From NCBI RefSeq assembly GCF_006345805.1, contig NC_043021.1, positions 23,250,001-23,314,000 on the forward strand: DNA of 64,000 nt, given 5' to 3'. The first letter of the stretch is position 1, and the number at the start of each line of letters is the position of its first letter. This document shows, in pieces, positions 44,732 through 57,609 of the stretch. The notes under the pieces are model-generated. The model had not been told where the DNA came from. It searched no databases and saw nothing but the letters and a program-made list of their open reading frames with translations. A program made the position numbers and the translations under genes. This stretch comes from Octopus sinensis (Eukaryota).

Positions 44732-45710
44732 GTTTGGCATCCTTTCTGTCTCGGGAGACAATGGAGTTGCGCATTTTTTTTTTTTTTCTAGGTCTAGTCC
44801 GGCTGTTATATTTTATTTCCTGTTACATTTCTTGCTGTGGCTGTGTAGTCCTATCCTGGACAAACACTCCCTCTGGCAGGTACTGCAAATGTAGCGAAGA
44901 CTGTTCCTGGCTGGTTGTAGTGCCAGGGTCTCTTGTTTATGTCTCTTCCTTTCTTTGCATTTCTCCTCTCTCTTTCTGTCACTCCTCTGTATACCCTCTT
45001 TTACTGTACGACGCCATTCTCCACGGTTGCCGGCGACTGCATCCCAACCGCTAATGTTGATGTTGCAGGCCTTCATGTCCCTTTTGCAAACATCCTTGTA
45101 ACGTAAGATCGGTCTACCCACAGACCTGGTACCGCTAGCAAGCTCTCCGTAGAGTATGTCCTTGGGGATTCTGCCATCTTTCATACGGCTAACATGCCCA
45201 AGCCATCTCATACGTCTTTGTGTGAGGAGTGCAAACATGCTTGGTATTCCTGCTTGCCTGAGGACATCTTTGTTGGGGATATGATTCTGCCATTTGATGT
45301 GGAGGTTTTTCGGAGGCAGCGCAGGTGAAAGATGTTTAGGCGACGCTCTTGGCGTGTGTATAGCGTCCAGGTCTCGCTTCCATACAGTAGAGTGCTGAGT
45401 ACACATGCCTGGTAGATCTTCATTTTTGTGGTCTTGGTCAGCTTATTGTTGTCCCAAGCCCGTTTGGAGAGTTGGGCCATCGCAGCAGCTGCCTTGCCAA
45501 TGCGTATATTGAGCTCAGCGTCAAGGGATAGGTTGTAGGTGACGGTAGAGCCCAGATAGGTAAACTTCTCCACCTCTTGTCCGATGTAGCCTGACCCATG
45601 ATGTTGGTCTTCTTAAGGCTGATAGCTAAGCCAAAGTCGTTACATGCTTGCTCAAAACAGTTAATGAGCCTTTGGAGGGCTTCTTCTGTGTCTGTTACCA
45701 GAGCGGCATC
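44732..45710 (-). mobile_element. 5'-truncated RTE-clade LINE
   Basis: DDAALV..FTYLGS..STLLYGSETW..LRWLGHVSRM..CSTCQRECLSRIGLHSH. 12-bp TSD atcgcatgtatt (44720-44731, 45711-45722). Confidence 0.92.
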
Positions 45711-46471
45711 ATCGCATGTATTATACGTCACAATAATCAACAGTGTTGTACTTGTGACCCACAATATACTAATTCATACATTCAATGAAATGTTTAAGTG
45801 TTTTATCAATGTTTTATTATACAAAGGACAAACAAACCCATATAAAGATACAGAGAGAAATGTATATATATATAGAATAAGTACTGGGCTTACAAAGAAT
45901 AAGTCCCGGGGTCGATTTGCTCGACTAAAAGGCGGTGCTCCAGCATGGCCGCAGTCAAATGACTGAAAATAAAGGTAAAAGAGTTAAAAGAGTAAAAGAG
46001 TAATGAGTAGGGTAGACGTTGATACCAATAGTAATTGGCAACTTGGAAGTATCACCACTCAACTACCAGCATGGCTGAAAATGATTGTGCGGGTGTGAAG
46101 GTAGACATCTATAACAATCAGCGTTGTTTGGAACTGCAAGAATTCTTCGCGGGGTCTTGAAGCACGATAGTAAACAACGTCACCCTCGACTGCTGGCTGT
46201 GGACAGCTGAAACTTTCCCTCATACCCGCAAAATAGCTGTGAGTTTCAGCACTAATAATAATAATATCTTCTTTAGGCACGAAGCTTAAATATATGGATA
46301 CAGTTGTGTATCAAATAGCTATTATGGCCTCATGGAGCTAATAAGCGGTCAGCTTTTTTTTATTTTATAAGAATGCCATATAGTATGGCGATAACTATAT
46401 ATATATATATTAATATATATATATATATTATATATATATCTATATATATATGCATATATATATACATAATA

Positions 46472-46516
<45 letters not shown>

Positions 46517-47879
46517 TATATATATTATATATATATATATATATATACATATATATACATACGCATTGAGTCGAAACAGGAGCAGCTGAAGAAGGGGAAT
46601 GTTCCTTGTATTGTTTGTCTTGTACTCTGTTTTTTCGTTGTTGAAAAGAGTCCGTTTCCTTGTTTGATTTCATGTTTTCTCGTTGTGTTCTACGCTTTTT
46701 TGTAGTGTCCTGTACTCATATATATATGTATATATACGTATAGATGTAGGTATGTACATATATGTATGTATGTATGCATATGTTTTATTTATTAAATTGC
46801 TGTATATATATATATGTATATATATATACATACATATACATCACACATATATATATACACACATATATATACACACATATATATGGGTGTGTATATATAT
46901 AAATTGTGGTGGCTATCGGCAATTTGAAACCAACAAGGAAATAATTCACAGTCACTAAGTGTGAAAAGAGTGCAGTGAGCACCAGCATTATTAGAAATAT
47001 TAGTCATAGACTCCTGAGCCACAAAAAGACATATGGTCTGTTTGCACTGACAGTGGGGAGAACATTCCCCACGGTAAGCCAGATGGATTAGATTAGCATG
47101 GTAATCTCTTATAGGAAGTTAATACTCATCAGCAATGCTCACTCCATTACGGCTGGTGGAGGCTAACTCACGCCTCTCAGTATCATTGAGAATGCCATAG
47201 GAATTAGGGACTGATTTCACAAAATGGCAATGTGAAGATTATAAAATATTGAAGGTAGCTAACACGCAATTTAAAACCAACCAGGTAATTATATATATAT
47301 TATATATATATATATATATATATTATATATTATATATATATATGTATATATATATAAAGTGTATTTAAAGATTTATGCAGGGAGTGAAGGCCTTCATGTG
47401 GATTTCTTAGTGGACGAATATATTCTTAAGACCAACTTTTAGTCACCCGCTTGTAGTTCGAGCCTTCTTAACTAATTCTGTTCTCAACCATATTGAATGC
47501 GGTTATTTTAGCTATGATAATCCAATCCTGAGCTATATTTGAATATAGTGATAGAAAGCGATGTGAAAGACAGTGGTGATGGTTGTGGAGGGGGAAGTGA
47601 TGAAAAGTATTGATGGTGATGGCGTCAGAAGTCTGGATGGCGTGTGTATGGCAGATATGGTGGCGATGGTGGTGGTACTGTTGTTTATCATGAAGCTTTG
47701 CAATAAGTTCCGAGTCGACAAATTATATCATTGCTTTGATGAAAATTGTTCATTGCTTGAGAAATATTCATGTTTCATGAAACTTAATATGTACTCAATG
47801 CATGGTGTCATTGTTGGACCCAAAGATTAACAGGGCAGCTTTTAAACGAATGTATATATATATATATATATATATATAA

Positions 47880-48459
47880 TAATAAATATTAGGGAATGAA
47901 TCCAAAATTACAGGGAAAAATCAGATTTAGGGTTAAATCCAATTTATAGTAAAATATTATATAATATAATTCGAGACAAAACCACTATTTTAAAACCAAA
48001 CAAGGAAAGACTTAATCAATACATAAAATTTTAATATAAATTAAATAAACCGCCACTACAAATGTTTCATGTCTGTGGTTTTTTGGTTTTTGTACATTTT
48101 TAAATATGAGAACTTTTATAATAGGTTTTTATATTCAATTGTTTATAGGGTTTATTTTAGATTATTTTAGATTATATATTGATTATATATAGATTATATA
48201 TAGATTATATATAGATTATATTTTTATTTTTTTACATTCTTTCATTGATAATTTTATTGTTTTATTAATTTAAATTATTTTAAATTATATTTTAAAATAT
48301 TGCTATTTTTAGATCGAAAATCCACCTGAAGATTGTCGGAGCAGACATGAAACATTTGTAGTGGCGGTTTATTTAATTTATATTAAAATTTTATGTATTG
48401 ATTAAGTCTTTCCTTGTTTGGTTTTAAAATAGTGGTTTTGTCTCGAATTATATTATATA
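47880..48459 (+). mobile_element. Penelope-like pLTR with inverted partial copy, between (TA)n tracts
   Basis: Perfect 118-bp inverted arms 47958-48075 / 48342-48459; related direct copy at about 57160-57305. Confidence 0.7.
48322..48364 (+). ncRNA. Type I hammerhead motif, canonical core
   Basis: ccac-ctgaaga-ttgtc ggagca gacat-gaaa-c attt gta-gtgg. Confidence 0.7.
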
Positions 48460-48463
48460 TATA

Positions 48464-48524
<61 letters not shown>

Positions 48525-48612
48525 ATGTATGTATATTTCTAGCTAGCTAGCTAGCTACATACATACATACATACATACCGACATACATGTATGTATTTAT
48601 TTTTTATTTCAG

Positions 48613-48767
48613 CTCAAACAGAAATAAAATATTTGCTATTTACTGTACAGTATTTAGCGAAATGACTGAAAGTCAACTGCGGCGCAATATCTCCCAAGTT
48701 TTGAACAAATCCCAGGAATTGCTTAACTTAGGAGTTAAGAAAAGCCACATGAAATTCCTTGATGAAA
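48613..48767 (+). CDS. Host gene exon: SEA-like part 3, SNRNKIFAIYCTVFSEM...KSHMKFLDE (phase 2-1)
   Basis: ttttatttcag / gtaagt; 155 bp; phases join both neighbours. Confidence 0.8.
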
Positions 48768-49661
48768 GTAAGTATCGTGTTTCTTATTAATTTATCATCA
48801 TTACCGTCATAATTAGCTTCATCAATCACCAACCTCTTCGTCGTTGTCGTCATCATCAACCACAGTAGATGATACCAAGCACACAGACTCTCTCCCTCTC
48901 TCTCTCTCTCACACACAACTATTTATTTACATTTTCTCAAAGCTTGGATAATTTAAAAACAACAATTTTATTTTGCGCTTTTCCGTTTCTTGTCCCTACG
49001 GAACTGTTTGTCTTTGCTCAGTTTCTTTTTAATTATACCAATTAACCGAGGGCAAAAATGTTTTCTTCTAATTTTGTATAGAAGTAGAAGATGCAGACTC
49101 TACTGGGCAGAATAATTCAAACAATTCCAGTACTTTCTTTAATTCACTCAGGAAAATTATTCAATGCTGCAAATATTTTTCCTCAGCGGAATTTCATTTT
49201 GTTTGAAGTGATCATATTAATTTTTGAATAAGAAACGATAGATACACACACAGCTCATACGCTTTAAACAATGTCTAAGAGATATAAGAGAGGAACAAAT
49301 CATATCCCATTGCCGAAAAAGGATATATTTTCGCTTCGTTTCCATTCATTTCATTTTACCATCGCCAAATCAATATAACGTCTACCTATTTCTAGCATAC
49401 ATTAGGTTTTGCGCTTCCGGTCAGTATGTCTAAAGAGTGATCAATATATTGACGAAATTCAACACTAGAGGTCGCGAAACAGACTAGCATTCTGAGTAGT
49501 CATATCCCGTAACCAGTTATATATTGCTCGAGAAAATATAAAAATATATATACATATACACACACCTCTATTTCGGGATGGCATTTTTTAATATATTTTT
49601 TTAAGAATATAAAAGTAAATATATATTTAGAAGCATACATACATACATATATATACATATG

Positions 49662-49709
<48 letters not shown>

Positions 49710-50003
49710 CGCGCGCGTGGGTGTTGTGTGTGTGTGTATATATATATAATTTAAATCAGAGATAAAACCACGATTAGGCAAATCAAGCAGTGAAAAACAT
49801 AAACCAAAACATAAAAAAAATTAATATAATATACAAAATATATAAACTATAAAATATAAAATATAAAATTTAAATTATTTAGATTGAAAATTAAAATTAT
49901 TAATTTATATTTATAAATTTTTATGAATTTTAATTTTTTTTTCAATTAAAAACTTTAATATAAGATGTATATATGTATATATATATGTGTGTGTATATAT
50001 ATA

Positions 50004-50034
<31 letters not shown>

Positions 50035-50039
50035 GTATG

Positions 50040-50070
<31 letters not shown>

Positions 50071-50596
50071 ATATTTATATATATATATATATGTATATAT
50101 ATACATAGATAATATACAGGATATCAAGTGGTTATGGTGTTTCAAGCAGCTTAATTTAATTGAAACAATAGAATCATTACATCAATTTAAATGCAATGCC
50201 ATCTTCAGCTGCATAAATAAAGAAATAGAATTTTAATAAGTAGGACACTTTGATGTAATTTTTCTCAAATATTTTAACAGTGCAAAAGATGGAGAAATTC
50301 ATGTTGTCGCTATTTTAGTTAAGAATAGACTACACTTCCAAGAATTGCATGGAGCCTGGTTGGGGTGGGGGGTCCTTGTGTTGTAAGGGATTGTAATTCA
50401 TTTCTAAATCATTTATCTCTTTATAAACTACTAAATGAAAAACTAGAAATCTGTCTATTTTGAATAAATATATATGCTCTCCGTGTATGTTTGCAACACT
50501 TCGTGTATAATTGTCCTCAAATCAGCCAGCAGGTCCAAACAATATATTTCCAAAATTAACTACTGCTGCTGCTGCTGCTACTATTACTACTAATAT

Positions 50597-50630
<34 letters not shown>

Positions 50631-50666
50631 GGCTTCTTTCATGTCCATATTTTGCTTCTTTTTCAG

Positions 50667-50781
50667 TATTTTGTGATAAAAGCACAACTTCAACTAACAA
50701 TGGAGCTTTCTCTTGGCCAATGACAAAAATAGGAACTACTGCTGAGATCCCATGTAATGGAAATGTAGCCACCAGGCATTG
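50667..50781 (+). CDS. Host gene exon: HRM (hormone-receptor) domain N-part, IFCDKSTTSTNNGAFSWPMTKIGTTAEIPCNGNVATRHC (phase 1-2)
   Basis: cttctttttcag / gttcgt; C...G.F.WP.T..G..A.IPC....ATR.C pattern. Confidence 0.85.
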
Positions 50782-51029
50782 GTTCGTTTGTATTGATTTA
50801 TTTCTACTCAAAGTTTGAAGTTTTCAGCGCCATCCTATTGTGAGAGAATGTTACTTGGTAGAGCAAATAACAGCTTTATAGATTAACAAGATAGAATTAA
50901 ACGTCTATCGGTTGCAATCTCTTGTCCCAGCATTTTTACATTTTATACATTATTTGATATAATTTAGCCTTGTCCTAACTATCTACGTTTGCTTTGTCGC
51001 CAATATTATACAAAGCTTTCATTTCATTC

Positions 51030-51190
51030 GTTTTTATGTTCTGAGTTCAAATTCCGCCAAGGTCGACTTTGCCTTTAATTTTTTCGATTCGATGAAATAA
51101 ATACCAATTGAGCACTGGGTTTGGTGTAAACGACTTATCCCTTCCCCTGAAATTGCTGGCCTTGTGCCAAAATTTGAAACCAATATTAGA
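51030..51190 (+). mobile_element. Diverged SINE family A-related copies (also about 32820-32970, 51210-51400, 52997-53200)
   Basis: gagttcaaattccgcc.aggtcgactttgccttt motif. Confidence 0.65.
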
Positions 51191-52191
51191 CAAGGCTTTA
51201 TGGTGCTGACCTGGCGGAATCGTTTCCATGCCGGACAAAATGCTTAGCAGCATTTCCTCTGACTTTACATTCTGAGATCAAATGCTACCAGGGTAAACTT
51301 TATCTTTTACCCTTTCGGGATCGATAAAATAAGTAAGCTGGGGTCTATGTTATCGAACTATCCCCACCCAAAATATCTGACCCTGTGGCAAAATTTGAAA
51401 TCAGCATTATTCAAAGATTTAAAGATTCTTGTAAGTTCCAGAATTTCACAAAATAATTGTAGCAAAGAAAGCACATACCTAGATACAGCCAATAGAATCT
51501 ATCAGTGATTCTGTTGGATTCAGGCTAATACTATTTATTCAATTTTATGATTACTGTAGAGCTATATATCTTGCTAGTACATGATGGTCATCCTGGGATT
51601 TCACTCATTACAGACTATGTAATACGGTCTCTCTTCTCTCATTTCTACCACGTCATTCCACAGGTTAAGCATCTAACTTGACTCCCAGAGGCTGAGCTTT
51701 ATTAGTTTTAAGACAAGACCAACTGGTGGAATCACTCAAATCTGTGCATATGTAGGAAAATATACATAAATCCATTGCTGCCGCTGTTGCTACTGATGTC
51801 TATGGTGGCGAAATATTAGCAACTAATTCCCCCATTCAACTTGAACTAACAACTTGGCTCCTTAATGCTGCATCACCTACACCGTTCCAACTAATCTTGT
51901 ATTGAATAATCATAAAAACAAGAAATTATTGTAAATAAAAACAGATGCAGGAATATTGTTTTTATATCTGAACTCTAGTTAGAAAATATTTGACATTAGT
52001 TTTGAGGATAGGGGTCAGGAGTAAATAATAGATTTCTCCCCCAAATGCAAGACACCATTTATCCTTCTTTCACTAAATTATGAGTTCAAATCACGACCAG
52101 TTCGAAGGTTTCTTATATTCCTCTGAGATTGATGAAATTCTCCTCAGAATGAATAAACTCGACTGACAATATTTAACATTTATTTTTTCAG

Positions 52192-52330
52192 TTCTCCAGA
52201 ACGATGGGGCATCCAGAAATGGCATCAAGTCAAAACCTGTCATCACAAAAGTGTTCACCGTTACTGGTATCTGGCAAGAACCAGACATGTCTCAATGTTA
52301 CAGCAGAACAGAGCAAAGGCATTGATGATG
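52192..52330 (+). pseudogene. Host gene exon: HRM C-part, frameshifted as assembled (TGIWQEPDMSQCY lies out of frame)
   Basis: tattttttcag / gtgagc. The G.W..PD.S.C motif starts at 52263 in a different frame from that imposed by the upstream exon. Confidence 0.7.
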
Positions 52331-54263
52331 GTGAGCGAGCAAATTATTTTTAAATGACTTTTACAGTAGTAGAAGTAGCAGGATGAGAAGAAGTAATTTT
52401 TGTGAGTGACTTTCTGTCTGTTTAAATACGACCACTCTGGTGGGGGTGGGGGTGGTGAGTGTGTATGTGTATGTCTTTCTATGTCTGTTCCATTATGACT
52501 GTCCTGTGTGTGTGTGTGTGTGTGTTTGTAATTAAAATGATTTATCAAAAGGTAATGCAACCTATTCTCCCGTTTGAGTCCTCCAGGAATGTGTCCATCT
52601 CGTTCAACGGCAAATCATTTGACTCATTTATGGAAACGTTATTAAAAAATTTATTACTTTGGAGGGTTGAGTTCATTATTGTAATATCGTTAAAACCACG
52701 TTTTCGTAAACATTCTGCAGACAGGCTGAGTAGATAGAGAAGCAGAAAAACAACAGGGATATTACTGGTACATACCACTTTGCATACATTACGTTGGAGC
52801 GGTGGTTGTAGAATCTTCAAATATTCAATGACATACCCTACATATCTGTTTGTCATAGAATATAAGCAATTTACTTCTCTCAAATGTTATTATGGCACTG
52901 TCAAATTGAATAGATTTTCATATGCATTTAGTGATGTGATGATTTCAATTTCTCATTAGACCATTATGAAAACTTATCACTATTAATCCTTAAATTAGGC
53001 GGAAGCTGGCAGAATCGTTAGCAGAGCGGGAGAAATGCTTTGCAGTACTTCGTCTGTCTTTACGTTCTGAGTTCAAATTCCGCCAAGATTGACTTTGCTT
53101 TTCATAATTTCTGTGTCGATAAAATAAGCGCAAGTTGAGCTCTGGGTCAATGTAATCAACTTAACCCCCACACCAAATCTGCTGGTCACGTACCAATATT
53201 TGAAACCTATATTATTCCGTTTATTATGTCCTTTCATTTACACGATTTTTTCATTTCATGTTCATTTCATTCATCGCTTACAATGCTTCCCCCCCCCCCC
53301 CAACAAACACACACTCTCTCTCTCTCCAACACACACACACAGATGGAATCAAACACCACGACATGAAGGAAAAGAGAAAAAGAGAGCATTTTGGTGAGTG
53401 AACAAAATATTGGTTTGAAAGCTGGAAAACTGAATTGGACAGAGAAGCTAAAGGAGATGGACAGGAAGTCAAGAAAGGTCCTAACGATGTATGGAGCCCA
53501 TCATCCACATGCAGACCTCGATCGCCGATACACGAAGAGAGCGAATGGAAAAAAGGGACTGATAAGTGTGGGAAACTGCGTGCGTTTCGAACTCGAAGTC
53601 TTAATGAGATACCGAACCCAAAGTAAGGAAACCTTGTTAGTGACAGTTAGGAATGAGGGAGTATTGAAAGCAGGAAAAACGAAGGAAGAAACACAAAAAG
53701 AAATGAAGAAGAATGGCGCAAGAAGGGAGAACACATGGAATTTCCATATAACAAAAATAGGTGGGATTGGCTGATGAAAGGAATTCTAAAGAAAGAGACC
53801 GAGAACACTATATTGGCAGCGCAAGAGTAAGCTTTGGCCACAAACTGGAGGGTCGACATTAGAATGAGCAAGTGTCCAGGAACTCCCACAATGCAAGCAT
53901 CAAGGAACTCCTACAAAACCTGTGATAAAGAGAAATAATAATCAAAATAAATAAATTTGACAAAAACTAATAAGTTGCTGAAAATATGTGGAGCTCAACA
54001 TCCGAAAGCAGATATCAACCGACTGTAATTAAGGAAAGACCAGACTGGGAGATGCTCAATAGCAGTAGAAGAACGTATAGAGATGGAAAAAAAAGCTTAG
54101 CCGAGTATTTACAATGTGGCACAGAAAAACTACTAAAGACTAAATAAAAAGGCAGGTAAAAGCAGACTTCTCTTGCTAAATTTCTAATGAAAAGGCCTGA
54201 AAGTGTGAAAAGTGCAGAAACTGTGTCCAAAAAGCCTAAATTAAGCGACGCGACAGAGAAAAG

Positions 54264-54548
54264 GCCCCAGTACTTATTCTTTGTAAGCCTAGTATTTATT
54301 CTATCGGTCTCTATTGCCGAACCGCTAATGTACATGGTCGTAAACACACCAGCATCGGTTGTCAAGCGATGTTGGAGGGGGGGAAACAAAAACAGGCACA
54401 AACATATACACACATACACACACATAGATATATATACATATACATATATACGACAGGCTTCTTTCAGTTTCCGTCTACCAAATCCACTCACAAGGTTTTG
54501 GTCGGTCCGAGGCTATAGTAGAAGACACTTGCCCAAGGTACCACGCAG
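54264..54548 (-). mobile_element. SINE family B, partial
   Basis: Reverse complement of 54997-55273. Confidence 0.85.
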
Positions 54549-54853
54549 GTTCTTCCTGAAATTTCAATTGAAAGCGATTCTCCTTCCAAACGATAATATC
54601 CCTCTTTCTTGCACACATTGTATCCCTCGTACACAGGGTAATCAAATTAATAAAAACCGTTTTAGATATTTCTCTTGCGTTCTATTTTACTGTGCTTTTA
54701 TTATTGTCATTTTCCTTGTAACTGTAGGCTTTTTGTTTCGAAACCCATAAAAATGGCCATTGGATGGTTTTGTGTTGCTGGAAAGGAACAATCATATTCT
54801 AATACATATGTATGCAAGTGACGGCATGGTTGCATGTATATATGTATATATGT

Positions 54854-54928
<75 letters not shown>

Positions 54929-55357
54929 GCGTAGTAGGGGGTGTGTGGTAAGTAGATTGCTTACGAACCATATGGTCCCGGGTTCAGTCCCACTGCGTGG
55001 TACCTTGGGCAAGTGTCTTCTGCTATAACCTCAGGCCGACCAAAGCCTTGTGAGTGGATTTGGTAGACGGAAACTGAAAGAAGCCTGTCGTATATATGTA
55101 TATGTATATATATCTATGTGTGTGCATGTGTGTATATGTTTGTGTCTGTTTTTATCCCCCCTCCAACATCGCTTGACAACCGATGCTGGTGTGTTTACGA
55201 CCCTGTAACTTAGCGGTTCGGCAAAAGAGACCGATAGAATAAATACTAGGCTTACAAAGAATAAGTACTGGGGTCGACTTGCTCGACTAAACGCGGTGCT
55301 CCAGCATGGCAACAGTCAAATGACTGAAACACATAAAAGAGTAAAAAGAGTAAAGAG
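54929..55357 (+). mobile_element. SINE family B, near full length
   Basis: tRNA-like head gtgtggtaag...gggttcagtccc; internal (TA/TG)n; (agagtaaa)n tail. Confidence 0.85.
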
Positions 55358-55792
55358 TATATATGAATCTTTAGTCAAATACATTCAATGAGAATATTAT
55401 ATACTGAATATATATTGAGTGCTCTATTGTATCAAAGTATTAATATTATTAAGGTATTTATATATTTAATGCGAGCGATTATATATATTTTTAAATAATA
55501 TATTATTATTAATATTAAGAATTCAATATCAGAAAACTTCTCTGAAAGATATACACGTGTGAAAAAAAATGGTTGTATTAAAAATATATAAATAAATAAA
55601 TATAATATTTATAAAAATATATGTATATATGTATACGTATAAATATATAATGTATATGACAGTTTATAAGTTTTGAATTAAATATTTAAACCTTTTTTAC
55701 GATCGTTTCACAGAAGGGCTGTCCCTATAATGAAATCCTATATTGGATACGTGTACGTGCACATAGATGCAAATAAATGTTTCTAATGTATA

Positions 55793-55865
<73 letters not shown>

Positions 55866-55979
55866 TACTTATGTAAGTACATATGAATATAAACTTATAT
55901 ATATATATATATTACGTATGTATGCAAATGTGGGCTGATTTGCATATATGTATATATAAATAGATGAGTGTATTTTTAC

Positions 55980-57305
55980 CTTGTTAACAATTAACACGGA
56001 AAAAATAAATAAATAGTTACCAGGGTAGCAAAAATCTCGCAAGTAAAGATGTTGTAACTCCTTGTTTATAAAGGTAGAACTTCGTGTTTACGTTGAATAT
56101 TTTGAATAATATATGAATAAATAAATGGAGTTTAACGCAAGTGTAATCAAATATTTTACTTTCGACACATGTTTCGACAATTCCACTGTTACTATTCAAA
56201 AGAATAAATGAAAGAATGCAATCTTCTCTTCAGGAAGGTGAAAAAAGCGAAACTTGTCAATAAGACATTTTAGCAAAAAATGATGGATTTGTAGAGTGAT
56301 AGACAGCACGCTATTAATATTGTTAAAAAAAACGTTATATGGTATAACGTCATAAGTAGCTAATAGAAAGAGTAGGGATACCCATAGTGAATGTTAAATA
56401 TAAAGGAAATTAAAGTTTAAATTATATATAATTATAGAGACTACTTATATGCACTAAATGTACGTTTTGCCAATGCTTACATCTGTATGCTCGCTCTATA
56501 ACCGTGCTTACTAGAGTATTTTTAGAAAAAATAATGAAAAATAGCTCAGAATTGCAGAGAAGACAGAATTTCTGCCTTTGTCATATGGTATCGAAATTGA
56601 GAGAATCAACCATTCTAACTGAAATTGTTCATATATATTTCATAATTCTAAGTAGTGTTCGTTTTACCAAGTGAATATAATTTTTAATTCCATTTATTCC
56701 ATTTCTCCGTTCATAATTTTAAGTGATGTCCGTTTTCTAGAGCGTGAATGTGGGTTGTATGTGTGGTGTGTGGGAGTATGAATAAGTATTGTGTTGAAGT
56801 ATTAGCTATTTTATTTATTTATAGTTGCCTAGACGTTTTTATGTGTATGTATAGGGATATATATATGGGGGTGTGATTTAGTGTATGTAGTTAGATATGG
56901 TTATATATAATTAGGTATATGTGTATGGGTGTATATATATTTATTATATTATTATTATTTTTTTGTTTTGTTTATATTTTATATTTTATATTTTATATTT
57001 TATATTTAATGTTGATAGGTTATTTTAGTTTATATATTGTTATATATTGATTATATATGGATTATATATAGGTTATATATGGATTATATATTTATATTTT
57101 TTCATTCATACTTTAATTATTTTAAAATTATTATTTTTATATTTTAAAATATTGATATTTTAGATTGGAAGTCCACCTGAAGATTGTCGATCAAGACAAG
57201 AAACAATTGTAGTGGCGGTTTTTTTTACTATTTATTAAAATTTAATGTATTGATTAAGTCTTTCCTTGTTTGTTTTGCAAAATAGTGGTTTTGTCTCTAA
57301 TAATA
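55980..57305. mobile_element. AT-rich Penelope-like remnant ending in the same pLTR as 48310-48459
   Basis: 57160-57305 aligns to 48308-48450; flanked by (TA)n. Confidence 0.5.
57173..57215 (+). ncRNA. Type I hammerhead motif, canonical core, fully paired stems
   Basis: ccac-ctgaaga-ttgtc gatcaa gacaa-gaaa-c aatt gta-gtgg; stem III ACAAUUGU is palindromic. Confidence 0.78.
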
Positions 57306-57327
57306 TTTTATACATATATATATATAT

Positions 57328-57374
<47 letters not shown>

Positions 57375-57609
57375 TACATGGAACTGTGTATGTGTACAAA
57401 CATGCATTTATATATGTGTTTATACATGTAGATGCAGATGTATTAATGTGAGTCTGTATGTTCGTATATATATATATTTATTTATAGTATTTTTAAGTGT
57501 ATATGTGATTATGAATGTATATTTTTATCTACGTATGTGGGTTTTATGTGCATCTATGACGTGTGTCTCATTTATAAATACAGCAATTATTTTCTATATC
57601 AATCCATAG

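Noticed and set aside
46570-46620. gaaac...ctgaagaagggg hammerhead-like words (also about 50190-50215 minus, about 31385 plus)
   Set aside because: Could not build stems I-III in the right order.
48651-48767. Alternative phase-1 acceptor (tactgtacag) allowing direct joining to the LU exon
   Set aside because: The intervening exons 43537 and 44603 end in phase 2, which fits the 48613 acceptor. Kept only as a possible minor splice site.
54187-54750. 187-aa ORF
   Set aside because: Mostly antisense SINE sequence.
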